A stretch of DNA of 64,000 bases. Origin: Macrostomum lignano (lineage: Eukaryota). Below are positions 53,133 through 64,000 of this stretch, piece after piece. Numbering within the stretch: position 1 is the stretch's first letter; each line of letters begins with the position of its first letter. The translations under genes were made by a program, and so were the position numbers. Under the pieces are notes generated by a model. The model saw only the letters and a program-made list of their open reading frames with translations, ran no database searches and was not told the origin of the DNA. The stretch lies in assembly GCA_002269645.1 (NCBI GenBank), contig NIVC01003680.1, forward strand, positions 1 to 64,000. The letters run 5' to 3'.

Positions 53133-53795
53133 TCACGAGTGCGCATCGAACACAGCTGCAACAGTAAGCGGCTTGGCCAGGGTCAGGTAGACTCGCCCGC
53201 CACTGAGCCAGCTGACGTGGCCGCCGCCCGGGACGCTTGAAGGCGACGCCGAGGACGAAGACTGCAGGATGGCGAGTGCATCGAGCAGATCGAAGCCGGC
53301 CTGAGACGGTCGAACGCCTGGTGCCGTTGCCAAGGTGACGTGGGCTCGCGAGGCGCGTGGCAACGATTTTCCAGATGGCATTTCACTTTTTGTAGGCTCG
53401 TTGTCCCACAGAGCCAGCTGGCTGGGCGAGAGCTCCGCCCTGGCAACCAGGCTGGAGCCGGGGCGCAGCAGCAAGCCAGTCAGGCGGATGTCAAATGACC
53501 GGCCAATAGAAGCCGCCACTTCTGAGCGCTCTGTGTAGCTTTGGGCATCACATTTGCCACAATATTTAGCGGTGATATGAAGCAAAGTGCTAGAGCTTGG
53601 AGTGAGGTTAGCATTTCTATCTAATCCAGTTGTCAGGGCAACACTATTAACAAATGCCTGGGCAAGTTGGACTAGTTGACTGGCTGAACTAGGCTGTAGA
53701 AACCAGGCATAGAATGATACATGCGCTGGTTGCCGATTGCTTTGGCGATGGTGCCTCTTTTTGCCATTGGGAAGTGTTGGCACTGCTGTGGCCAT
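53133..53795 (-). CDS. CNP: 2',3'-cyclic-nucleotide 3'-phosphodiesterase (CNPase) catalytic domain, 2H phosphoesterase, 220 aa
   Basis: FYAWFL, LLHITAKYC, ARAELSPSQLALW, LPRASRAHVTL, QAGFDLL, GRVYLTLAKPLTVAAVF align with vertebrate CNP (YFGWFL, VLHCTTKFC, ARVELSEQQLQLW, LPRGSRAHITL, QTGLDLL, GRWMLTLAKNMEVRAIF). Both HxT motifs intact. Confidence 0.9.
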   Translation of the reverse strand: MATAVPTLPNGKKRHHRQSNRQPAHVSFYAWFLQPSSASQLVQLAQAFVNSVALTTGLDRNANLTPSSSTLLHITAKYCGKCDAQSYTERSEVAASIGRSFDIRLTGLLLRPGSSLVARAELSPSQLALWDNEPTKSEMPSGKSLPRASRAHVTLATAPGVRPSQAGFDLLDALAILQSSSSASPSSVPGGGHVSWLSGGRVYLTLAKPLTVAAVFDAHS

Positions 53796-56700
53796 ATGGC
53801 AACATTACTGCAACAAAAATTAATTGGGTTAGGCTATTTCTCAAAGTGATATTAAATCTTTAACCTTTAGATCATAAAACATGAAGTTTTAAGAATTTAA
53901 ACTTAAAAATTTCAATCATTAATCACTAACAGTGTTTTTAAGTGTCTATTAGTAAGGGGTATTGATGATTATTTAATATATTTAGACTATTAATGAATTA
54001 AAAGTTATAATAATCTAAAAATAAAGGCAGTAGGCCTAGGTCTAAAGTCTGTTCGATCAGATAGAAAGCCAAAACGAATAAAAATCACAAATTTTGAAAT
54101 AGAGCAAACAAAATAAAAAGCTAAGCCAAGGTTCTGATGTAAAGATTAAAGCTACAGAAAAAAACATTACTAGATAGATATACAATAAGAGCCCTAGATT
54201 AAATTTTGATACACACTGCCATCGTAGATTCGTAGGGCTATGAAGTAGCTAAAGCAACATTTGACTGATGTCTCTAATATTATAATAATGACAATCAAGT
54301 CAATATGTCATGTCTGTAATGCAGCACTATGCTTATGTCTGAAGTGTATATAGCTATGCCAGCCATGCGATTGTACAAAATTTACTTTTTTGCGTCATTA
54401 TGACCAAGACTTTGGTGACTAAAAATCTTGGCTGGTGTCATATTGAACTGAACAGTAGGAACCGTTGGTCCATTAAGTAGGTCCATTGCTGATCCCAGTG
54501 AGTAAAATTTTTAATTATCGTTAACAAAAACCAAATCTATGTGTGTACACTTACATTCGAGTTTCAAGGCAATTCTAACTGGTTAAAATCATATTTTTTG
54601 GAGTATATACAGACTAACATGAAAACTTAAAACTGTTAACTTTTTGCATTATAAACTAACTAAAAACGTTTTGTTTAACCTTGTGATTTCTATTCAAACA
54701 TTCAAACAGCAAAGTCTTTTGCAAAACTGCAGCTTTAATTATAAAAAAACGATGTACGTTACGTACGTACACCAATTAATTCATTCATTTATGATCTCAT
54801 AATGCTGCAACACCAGTCTGACTGCATAACAGTGCATAGGCTGGTTCCACTGACTGTGTCAACTAAACACTGACAGAGTGATACTGAAGCTTTGTCAACT
54901 TTAGGAATGGAATATGCTATTGGCATTTGGCATTGTTTTTATTTTGATGGAAATGTTGCATTTAAAAAAGAAGTCAAATCCTCTTTTTAGGATCCTCTAA
55001 CGGCTCTAACTAGCAACTAGGCCTAACTAAAAGAAGCCTAGGCCTACAAACTTCCTTAATCTTAATTATTATAATCTGGCCCATACCTTTATTATTGTAA
55101 TTTTATATTTTCTCCCACAAAAGTTTTGTGCACTAAAATGGAATTTCTTTCCTCAATTGCCAACTTTTAATGACAAATTAGTAATGAAACACAAACTAGT
55201 CACGTAAGTGACTGTTTAAAAACTTTAGACAGACAGCGTATCAGTTCAAAATTTCAAATAGAATAAAGAGGGGAACTTGCGGCAAAGGAAATTGAGATAG
55301 TAGTAGTATAGGCCATTAATGGGAGTACAAATGTTAGTATAGTAAAGACCCAGGCCCCAGGGGGGCAGTTTCTGGAGGGTAAAGAATTAGGAAGCAGATT
55401 CTAGGAGGTAAAGACCCAGGAAGTAGATTCTAGAAGGTAAAGAAAGACCTAGGAGAGAGTAAAGTAGGCTAACTGGGTTGCAACCTGAACCTGTGGCTTA
55501 TAACTTTGAATTGAAAAAACCTTATCTGGCCCTTAAGTGGAAAAATGTTTCTGACCCCTGTCTTAGAACTAGAATTTATAAACTATAATTATTTTTTATT
55601 AAAACCCTAGAATATTCTTAGGATAGGCCCTAGCCTAGGTTATGTTACCATGTAACTTTGGCAAATCAGTTTTTACTAATAGTAAACCAACATTGCCAAA
55701 ATGTATATAATAGGCCCTATAGCAGGAGTAGGATGGCTGTATATTAGATAACAATCTAAACAGTAGGCCTATGGCTGAGCAAGATGTAGGGCAACCCCTA
55801 ATAGCCATAGACTCCCATTGTCCTTATTGTTAAGAAAGTGTCCACTTCTAGTATATGCCAGAGTTTTATATATCAATATATACCAAAATTTCAAAATTAT
55901 ACAACCTTACTTTTGAACTTCAAAAAAGGACATTTTTTCATTGCAACAATCAAAGCCCTTTTGTATTGTTACATTTGTCATTTGATATATATATATACAT
56001 TATAATAAAAAATTTTTTGTCTATTGCTCATTTACAACAACTTTTAATATAATTACATAAAGTTATAATATCTAAATTCTTTTTTTAAAATAGCATTGTC
56101 ATATTCAATTAATATTTTTTGTTCGTATTCTTATCACCTTTTAACCACTATCTTTTTCTTTGAAATATTCTACCTTTTGTTATAGAAACTAGTAGATATA
56201 TACACAAAATTTCAAATAGCTTTGTATACTATTTTTTGTATGCAAAATATAGCTTTTTAAGATTTAAGCATAATAGTATACCAAATATATACGCCAAAGA
56301 AATATAAAAGGCTAATGTATGCTAGAAAATTCTGGCATATAGGGCACCTTGACTATGGCAATAGTCCTATAGTATAATATTTCAACAATTTTCTTATTCA
56401 ACATTTTAAGAATTAAAAATAGATAAAGTAATTTATTTTACAAATAATACAAGTAAACAATAGGCTAACTTAATAGAATATGAAAAGTTAGAAAATTTTC
56501 ATACTAGTATTAGTATTAGACTACTTTAAAAGAAGTATATACAGTAAAATAATCTTAATATAAGAGTATTGGAATTGTTTGTCTACTAGTATTATACAAT
56601 CAAAACTTTTTTGTAAGAGATAATGCAATCTCTAACAAAAAAGATTATTCAATAAACCCATAGTGGCTAATCCTTGGCAATGTCCAAATGGAAGTTTTAT

Positions 56701-57550
56701 GCAAGTCTATTTAAAAAGGCATACAAGTCAATAAAGAGACAATATTTTTTTAGAAATCAAGATAGTTTACTCAAAGTTAGCCCTACCATTAATGTTTTAT
56801 TATAGTTAGTTGCCTTGATTATGCTATTTTGAAATAGATATTGTGCTAAGTAATAATCCAAGTAGAAAATCTAGGTCTAACCCAATGTGTCATCAATGCA
56901 TTCTAGATCTAAAACTTATGGTATTATTGTGACCATAGAATGCACTAGTTGTGTAAGAAACTTAATTCATCCATATTATTTGCTGATGGCTAATTATCAT
57001 AGCTAGGCAAAGTTTTTTATTTGAAACCAAGAGGAGACTAGTATTATAGCTAGTGGACTTTATCAATGCAAGATTTAGGACATAAAATACAAAGCATGCA
57101 TCAAATACTTGGGCTTGAACATATACCAACATGTGCTCCTTGTGAAAAAAGGCATATTGTAAGTTGAATGGAAGCAATAGATTACTTGTAGATGCCATAT
57201 TGAAAGTAAAATTTCATTTTTTGTCAATGACTCTACCCTGCACTGACTGACTGACAGTGTGTAAGTCTGCTGACTCCATGTCTACAGAAGAATAAAAATT
57301 GAAAATTGAAAAACCTCTTGTAAAAGTGTACTCCCCAGAATCCAAGAGTAAAATTATTGATCCTTTATGTAAACTATGAATTACAAAAATATGGACGCTA
57401 GATTTAAAAGTTGTTTCATAATGCGCTATTGACACAGACCTAGATTTCATTATAGGCTAGCAAATTAATTGATATCTAATTGCTTTCATAAATGAATTAA
57501 ATGTTGACTGACTTATTAAGCATTAAGGATGCAATTAAAAATGCTATTGC

Positions 57551-58283
57551 ATGTCGCATGCCTCTTTCATGTCGGGCTCCGGCGACCTACTATTGACTGC
57601 CACTATGCAGCTGGGCGTCGGCAGTCGGGTTGTCCGCGGGCCCCACTGGAAATGGGCCAAACAGGACGGCGGCGAGGGCAGCGTTGGCACTGTGCGCAAT
57701 TTCGAAAGCCCAGAAGAAGTCGTTGTAGTTTGGGACAATGGCACCGCCGCTAATTATCGCTGCTCAGGCGCCTATGACCTGCGCGTCCTTGACAACGGGC
57801 CAGCTGGCGTTGTACACGAGGACTGTTTCAGCTGCGACGAGTGCGGCGCCAGGCCGCTGTATGGCGTCCGATGGGCCTGCGCCGATTGCAACGGCGTATC
57901 CCTGTGCTCAGCCTGCTATCACGGCGACAAGCACTCCACTAGGCACAGATTCTTTCAATTTGTGCACCCGCTAGCCGAGCCAGTCTGGTGCGACTCCCGC
58001 CGGCGAGCTAAGAAATACACCTGCCGAGGCCTGTTCCCCGGCGCTAGGGTTGTACGCGGCGTCGACTGGCAATGGGAGGATCAGGACGGCGGCAGTGGGA
58101 AGCGGGGCAAGGTCACCGAGGTGCAGGACTGGTGCCCGGATGCGCCGAGGTCGGCCGCCTACGTGCTCTGGGATAGCGGAGTTAAAAATCTCTATAGGGT
58201 TGGCTACGAGGGCATGGTTGACCTGCGAGTGGTGTCCGAGGCTAAAGCATTCGCCTATTATAGAGACCATCTGCCGCTGCTAG
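57551..58283 (+). CDS. MIB1: E3 ubiquitin ligase mind bomb, exon 1 (MIB/HERC2 - ZZ zinc finger - MIB/HERC2)
   Basis: [57 protein letters not shown]; ZZ finger; [10 protein letters not shown]; CTA G|gtaag. The start may be at 57605. Confidence 0.96.
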
Positions 58284-58389
58284 GTAAGGCAGATGTAGCT
58301 CCTAATGTGTGCAAATAGGAAACATTGAGAATCGCAATTCAGCTTTTTTAAACAAATATGCTCGTATATGCCACGTCTAGAACCCTTGT

Positions 58390-59190
58390 AGCCACCTCAA
58401 TAATCTCCATCTAGCCATCTCAGTAATCTCCCTCTAGCCACCTTGTAGCCACCTCAATAATCTCCATCTAGCCATCTCAGTAATCTCCCTCTAGCCACCT
58501 CAATAATCTCCCTCTAGCCAGCTCAGTAATCTCCCTCTAGCCACCTCAATAATCTCCCTCTAGCCATCTCAGTAATCTCCCTCTAGCCACCTCAATGATC
58601 TCCCTCTAGCTATCTCAGTAATCTCCCTCTAGCCACCTCAATAATCTCCCTCTAGCCACCTCAGTAATCTCCCTCTAGCCACCTCAATAATCTCCCTCTA
58701 GCCACCTCAGTAATCTCCCTCTAGCCACCTCAATAATCTCCCTCTAGCCATCTCAGTAATCTCCCTCTAGCCACCTCAATAATCTCCCTCTAGCCATCTC
58801 AGTAATCTCCCTCTAGCCACCTCAATAATCTCTCTCTAGCCATCTCAGTAATCTCCCTCTAGCCACCTCAATAATCTCCCTCTAGCCAGCTCAGTAATCT
58901 CCCTCTAGCCATCTCAATAATCTCCCTCTAGCTATCTCAGTAATCTCCCTCTAGCTATCTCAGTAATCTCCCTCTAGCCACCTCAATAATCTCCCTCTAG
59001 CCATCTCAGTAATCTCCCTCTAGCCACCTCAATGATCTCCCTCTAGCTATCTCAGTAATCTCTCTCTAGCCACCTCAATAATCTCCCTCTAGCCATCTCA
59101 GTAATCTCTCTCTAGCCACCTCAATAATCTCCCTCTAGCCAGCTCAATGATCTCCCTCTAGTCATCTCAGTAATCTCCCTCTAGCCATCA
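58390..59190. repeat. 23-bp minisatellite (ataatctccctctagccacctca)n
   Basis: Tandem units visible. Confidence 0.95.
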
Positions 59191-59350
59191 AAAGAATAGT
59201 CTCATTTATTGATTTTTAGAATCCTGTATATCCTCCTCGGTTACCACTTATTTACTTACTGTATTGAAAATTAAGTTTAATGCAACATACCTACTGAAAG
59301 TAGTCTAATGCTTATATAATCCCTCATTTTAAATTCAACTGTTTCCATAG

Positions 59351-59961
59351 GCGAAATAAACCGGCCGCCCAACTCGGACAACTCGGCAGCGTCGTCCACC
59401 TCGGCCAGTCTGGAGCTGGGCGGCGGCTCCGGCGGTTGTCCTGGCGCCTGTCCCCACATGGAGCTGTGCGCGTTCCAGCCGGGCGACCGGGTTCGCGTCG
59501 CCGTGTCCACCGATACGCTTCAACGCCTTCAGAGAACCCACGGCGGCTGGTCCCCGGCCATGTCCGAATGCGTCGACACTGTCGGCTCTATCGTTGGCGT
59601 GGACGAAGACGGCGACGCTGTGGTCTCTTATCCCAGCGGCAACCGGTGGACGCTGAACCCGGCCGCTCTCTGCCTCATCCCGGACCCGTCCGCTTCCGCC
59701 CGAAGGCTTCGCGCCGCAGTTGGTGGCGGCGGCGGCGGAGGAAGCGGCGCGGATGGAGGCGCCAGTTCCGTTTACGCTACGACGCTGCTGCCAGTGACGC
59801 CGAATCTGCCGCAGTCGGTGCCGCTGGCGCTGTCGCCAGGCGATTTGGTCCGAGTGCTGGCGACGACGTCCAGCGGCTCCGACCAGCAGCAGCAGTTGCT
59901 GGGCAACGGTCGGGGTCGGGTTGGTCGCGTTGTCCGAGTGCGCTCCGATGGAGACGTTCAG
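59351..59961 (+). CDS. MIB1: Mind bomb exon 2 (MIB repeats)
   Basis: ccatag|GC, CAG|gttcgg. FQPGDRVRV..LQRTHGGWSPAMSEC..GSIVGVDEDGDAVVSYPSGNRWTLNPA. Confidence 0.93.
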
Positions 59962-60021
59962 GTTCGGGCCTTGTTTAGTTGCGTATATCGTATTATTACT
60001 ACTGATAGTACTATGGGTCAG

Positions 60022-60225
60022 AGTTCCGTAGCTCAGCGGTTAAAAAAGTACCCTGGGTTCGATTCCGTGCGATTCACGAGTCAACACTAATAGACACCGG
60101 GTGTACATGTGCACATGCCTGATGTTGAGAAAATCAACGCCGCTGTACACCCTGTGTGAGCGCATGCCAACGTACTTTTTCGTGTGCGTTCTCAGGGTCA
60201 GCGGAATCGGCATGACCGGCTTCCG
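60022..60225 (+). mobile_element. tRNA-derived SINE copy (internally shortened head)
   Basis: gtagctcagcgg (A-box), gggttcgattcc (B-box); body shared with the 26.3-26.6 kb copy. Confidence 0.65.
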
Positions 60226-60770
60226 GGTTGCTAGGGTTCTATTTCTGGTTGCTAGGGTTCTATTTCTGGTTGCAAGGATTCTACTTCTGGTTGCTAGGGT
60301 TCTATTTCTGGTTGCTAGGATTCTATTTCTGGTTGCTAGGGTTCTATTTCTGCTGGTTGCTAGGGTTCTATTTCTGCTGGTTGCTAGGGTTCTATTTCTG
60401 GTTGCTAGGGTTCTATTTCTGCTGGTTGCTAGGGTTCTATTTCTGCTGGTCGCTAGGGTTCTATTTCTGGTTGCTAGGGTTCTATTTCTGTTGGTCGCTA
60501 GGGTTTTTTTCTGGTTGCTAGGGTTCTATTTCTGGTTGCTAGGGTTCTATTTCTGGTTTCTAGGGTTCTATTTCTGCTGGTTGCTAGGGTTCTATTTCTG
60601 GTGGTTGCTAGGGTTCTATTTCTGCTGGTTGCTAGGGTTCTTTCTCCGGTTGCTACGGTTCAGTTCCGGGTTGCTAGTGTTCAGTTCCTGGGTACTAGTG
60701 TTCAGTTCCGGGTTGCTAGTGTTCAGTTCCGGGGTACTAGTGTTCAGTTCCGGGGTACTAGTGTTCAGTT
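60225..60770. repeat. 21/24-bp minisatellite (ctggttgctagggttctattt)n
   Basis: Tandem units visible. Confidence 0.93.
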
Positions 60771-60801
60771 GTCAGTTGCCCCTTGTTAATCTATAATCCA
60801 G

Positions 60802-61347
60802 GTTGACGTGTGCGGCAGTGTGATGACGCTGAGCCCCGGCTGTCTGGCCCCCTGCCCGCCACAGTCCGGCGGCATTAACTTCAATGGCGGCGGCGCTGCT
60901 TCCAGCGGCTCGTCGTCGGGTGGCGCCGCCGGCGTCTCGTCGGCTTCGGGCAGCGGCGGCGGCGTGCCCGACTCGCCGCAGTCTGGTGAGCGGCTGTCGA
61001 ACCTGTTGAAGAAGCTATTCCAAGAGCATGTCGGCGGCTGCGGCAGCGGCGGAGGCGCCGGCGGCGGCAGCGCGGATGGCAGCGGTGACGGCCAAGTCAT
61101 TGATCCGAGCGAAGAGCTGGTGAAAGCGGCGGCTAACGGTGATCTGTCCCGGCTGCAGGAGCTGCTGGGCGCTGGACGATCGTCGGCTTCGTCCTCGCCG
61201 CAGCGGCAGCAGCAACGTGCAGTCTCGGCGGCTCCTACAGCTGATGCGAACGCCATCTACGCTGGTCACACGGCGCTGCAGGCAGCGTCGCAGAACGGCC
61301 ACATTGCTGCCGCACGGCTGCTTATCGATCGGGGCGCCAATCTTCAG
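60802..61347 (+). CDS. MIB1: Mind bomb exon 3 (end of MIB repeat, Gly/Ser linker, first ankyrin repeats)
   Basis: atccag|GTT, CAG|gtaaaa. LSNLLKKLFQ..EELVKAAANGD..GHTALQAASQNGH. Confidence 0.93.
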
Positions 61348-61544
61348 GTAAAACTTTCTTAATGCTTCCAAATCCAGATTTTCTCACTTAGTAACGGATT
61401 GTGTTTCATCTGACATTGTCTGATCCATCTGACGACACAGTGTGTTCCTTCTGACACAGTATGTTCCAACTTATCTCGTCTGCTATGTTGTGCCCGACAC
61501 CCTGGAAAGACTGTATCTGATAACACCGACAGAAGACTGTCAAA

Positions 61545-62085
61545 TGGAACAGACTGTGTCAGATGGAGCAGACTGTCAGGGTGTCAGACTGGAATAGAAC
61601 AGACTGTGTCAGATGCAGCAGACTGTCAGGGTGTCAGACTGGAACAGAACAGACTGTGTCAGATGCAGCAGACTGTCAGGGTGTCAGACTGGAACAGAAC
61701 AGACTGTGTCAGATGGAGCAGACTGTCAGGGTGTCAGACTGGAACAGAACAGACTGTGTCAGATGGAGCAGACTGTCAGGGTGTCAGACTGGAACAGAAC
61801 AGACTGTGTCAGTTGGAGCAGACTGTCAGGGTGTCAGACGGAACAGAACAGACTGTGTCAGATGGAGCAGACTGTCAGGGTGTCAGACGGAACAGAACAG
61901 ACTGTCAGATGGAGCAGACTGTCAGGGTGTCAGACTGGAACAGAACAGACTGTTTCAGTTGGAGCAGACTGTCAGGGTGTCAGACGGAACAGAACAGACT
62001 GTCAGGGGTCAGACTGGAACAGAACAGACTGTCAGGGGTCAGACTGGAACAGAACAGACTGTTTCAGTTGGAGCAGACTGTCATC
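61545..62085. repeat. ~50-bp minisatellite (cagactgtcagggtgtcagactggaacagaacagactgtgtcagatggag)n
   Basis: Tandem units visible. Confidence 0.92.
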
Positions 62086-62141
62086 TGAGCCCCCATACAC
62101 CATTTCGAATGAATCACGATTTTTTTCATTAATTTTCGAAG

Positions 62142-62497
62142 GCCGAAGATCGCGACGGCGACCAGGCTGTTCACCACGCCGCATTCGGCGACCAGGCCGA
62201 GCTGGTCCGCCTGCTGCACCGACGCGGCGCCGATATCAATGCGCGCAATCGCCGACGCCAGACGCCGCTGCACATAGCCGTTAATAAAGGCCACGCCGGC
62301 GTTGTCCTGGCCCTGCTAGCCTGCGGCGCCCTGCCCAGCCTGCAGGACGCGGACGGGGACACGCCGTTGCACGACGCTGTTTCTAAACGACGCGAAGACG
62401 TTCTGGCTCTGCTGCTTGAGCACGGTGCAGACTTGAGCGTGTGCAACAATGACGGATTCAACGTGCTGCATCATACAGCTCTGCGCGGCAATCCAGC
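62142..62497 (+). CDS. MIB1: Mind bomb exon 4 (ankyrin repeats); gene continues beyond the window
   Basis: ttcgaag|GCC, CCA GC|gtaagt. [49 protein letters not shown]. Confidence 0.95.
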
Positions 62498-64000
62498 GTA
62501 AGTATTGCGTATAATTTGCTTTTTTCCTACTTAAAGTAGTGTAAATTTGATATGAATAGATTCTAGTTAGTAAAATTCCAATTAGTAATCCACCACTTGG
62601 AATGGTGGAGCATTTTTCATATTTAGTCAGCAAACTCCGGCCCGCTTAAGGTTCGTGTCTCTTCTCTCTCTCTCATCTCTCTCATCTACTCTCATTAGCC
62701 TGAGGAAAAATATAAAGTAATTCGAAATATCGATATATCGGCACTTATTTTGCTTAAACATCTACGTTACCGCATCAGTGCATTGGGGTCTGAGGGTTAT
62801 TCTTCCCTCTCTCCACTCTCATCTTTCATCTCTACTACGTCTTCCTGTGCGGATGTATAGAGGAGCTGTGAAATGAATAGCCACAAAATCCCTATTTTGA
62901 AACCGCATGGAAACTAGTCCGCTGTTTCCATGCGGTTTCTAAGGGGGGAGGGGAGTAGGGGGGCAAGTTATGGTTCTCTCTAATGGGAGCGGGTTGGGGA
63001 AAGCGTTGCTTAATGGCTTCCGCGCTGCTGTTGCTGCCCGTCTCGGTTCGAATCGAGCCGGTTTCTGGCGGGTTAGGCTGGCGATCGGGGTTCATAATAT
63101 ATGCGCGCTTGTGTGTGGGCGTCCTTATCGGCACTGGTGCAGCTAGCCCAGCAACTGGCTGCATGCCTTCGTACGCATAAATAAAAATATATATATATAT
63201 AGCTTTTGTATAGATCAGCTATGCGCAAGATTGCTGCTATGCTAACTGACTGATGAAGCTCTGAAGCTGCAGTTGCTATGGCCCGTCATTTTATTCTCCT
63301 ATCTACAAATGATGACTAAGATAGCTGGCTTTCTCTTTCAAGTGTTACTGGGGGGCTTCAACTAGTAATTGATGGCCATGCAGTCACCCTAAAGTTTTTC
63401 GGGTTAAGTAGGAAGGATAGGAAGGATCCTAGTAGGAAGGATAGTAGTAGGCCTTGTAAATGATTACGTAATAATGTTCGATTTTTCTATCAGGGGACGC
63501 CTTGCTGCCGATGATGCAATCGCTTTATTGATAAATCAAGCAGGCATTGCTTCTGGCCTGGGTAGCAAGATAAAATGTTTGTTTCGCTCGCAAAGAGCAA
63601 TCTCTTGTAGCTGTTATCCGGTCTACAAGAGCCTAGTGGGTCAATTCATATCGCATGCAATTTGTTTCCAAATGCCTGTAGAATTTACCCGGGCGGCCCG
63701 AGATCTAGCTGATCAGGGTAGCTAAGGGATGATTTTTCCTCAATAATCCCTTTAGGAACTCTAATCAAAGGAAGGAATCCCATTCTCTCAGCGCCGTGTT
63801 GCGCCAGGGTCAAGCGCAGGCTTCCTACAAATCTTGCTATTATCCACTACCTAACCCAACACATGCGCTTATTCGTTGTCCGGCGTGTGCTAGACTGTCG
63901 GCTTGGCACACGCAGATGTGTATTGGAGATAGGAGCATTGATAGCGGTAACCGAAATGTGCAAATATTCCGGGCCCGAGGCTGTGGCGTATGGAATGACT

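Noticed and set aside
60101-60796. Hydrophobic 231-aa ORF (LVARVLF)n resembling a multi-pass membrane protein
   Set aside because: Translation of a SINE plus a 21-bp repeat inside a MIB1 intron

Overview
Eukaryotic (animal) genomic DNA with GC-rich exons and introns filled with private micro/minisatellites. This style suggests a flatworm such as Macrostomum (inference only). Contents in order: (1) a LOA/Lian-like non-LTR retrotransposon (APE-RT-RNase H, frameshifted, 5' end outside the window); (2) a large minus-strand spliced locus (~30.2 kb down to <4.2 kb) encoding a band-4.1-type FERM+FA module followed by two DDX1-type SPRY domains, with a puzzling stop/frameshift junction between them; (3) an F-box/LRR gene; (4) a small orphan membrane-protein gene whose stop codon lies in a long inverted repeat; (5) a Mab-21/cGAS-like receptor with a degenerate catalytic motif and a long C-terminal extension; (6) a stand-alone CNPase (2H phosphodiesterase) domain gene; (7) the 5' part of mind bomb (MIB1). 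There are also tRNA-derived SINE fragments, hAT-like MITEs, interstitial telomere-like repeats and over 20 tandem arrays. Several single-base frameshifts look like consensus errors and should be checked against reads. Exon structures were derived by eye from GT/AG sites, phase and protein motifs; no database search was run.
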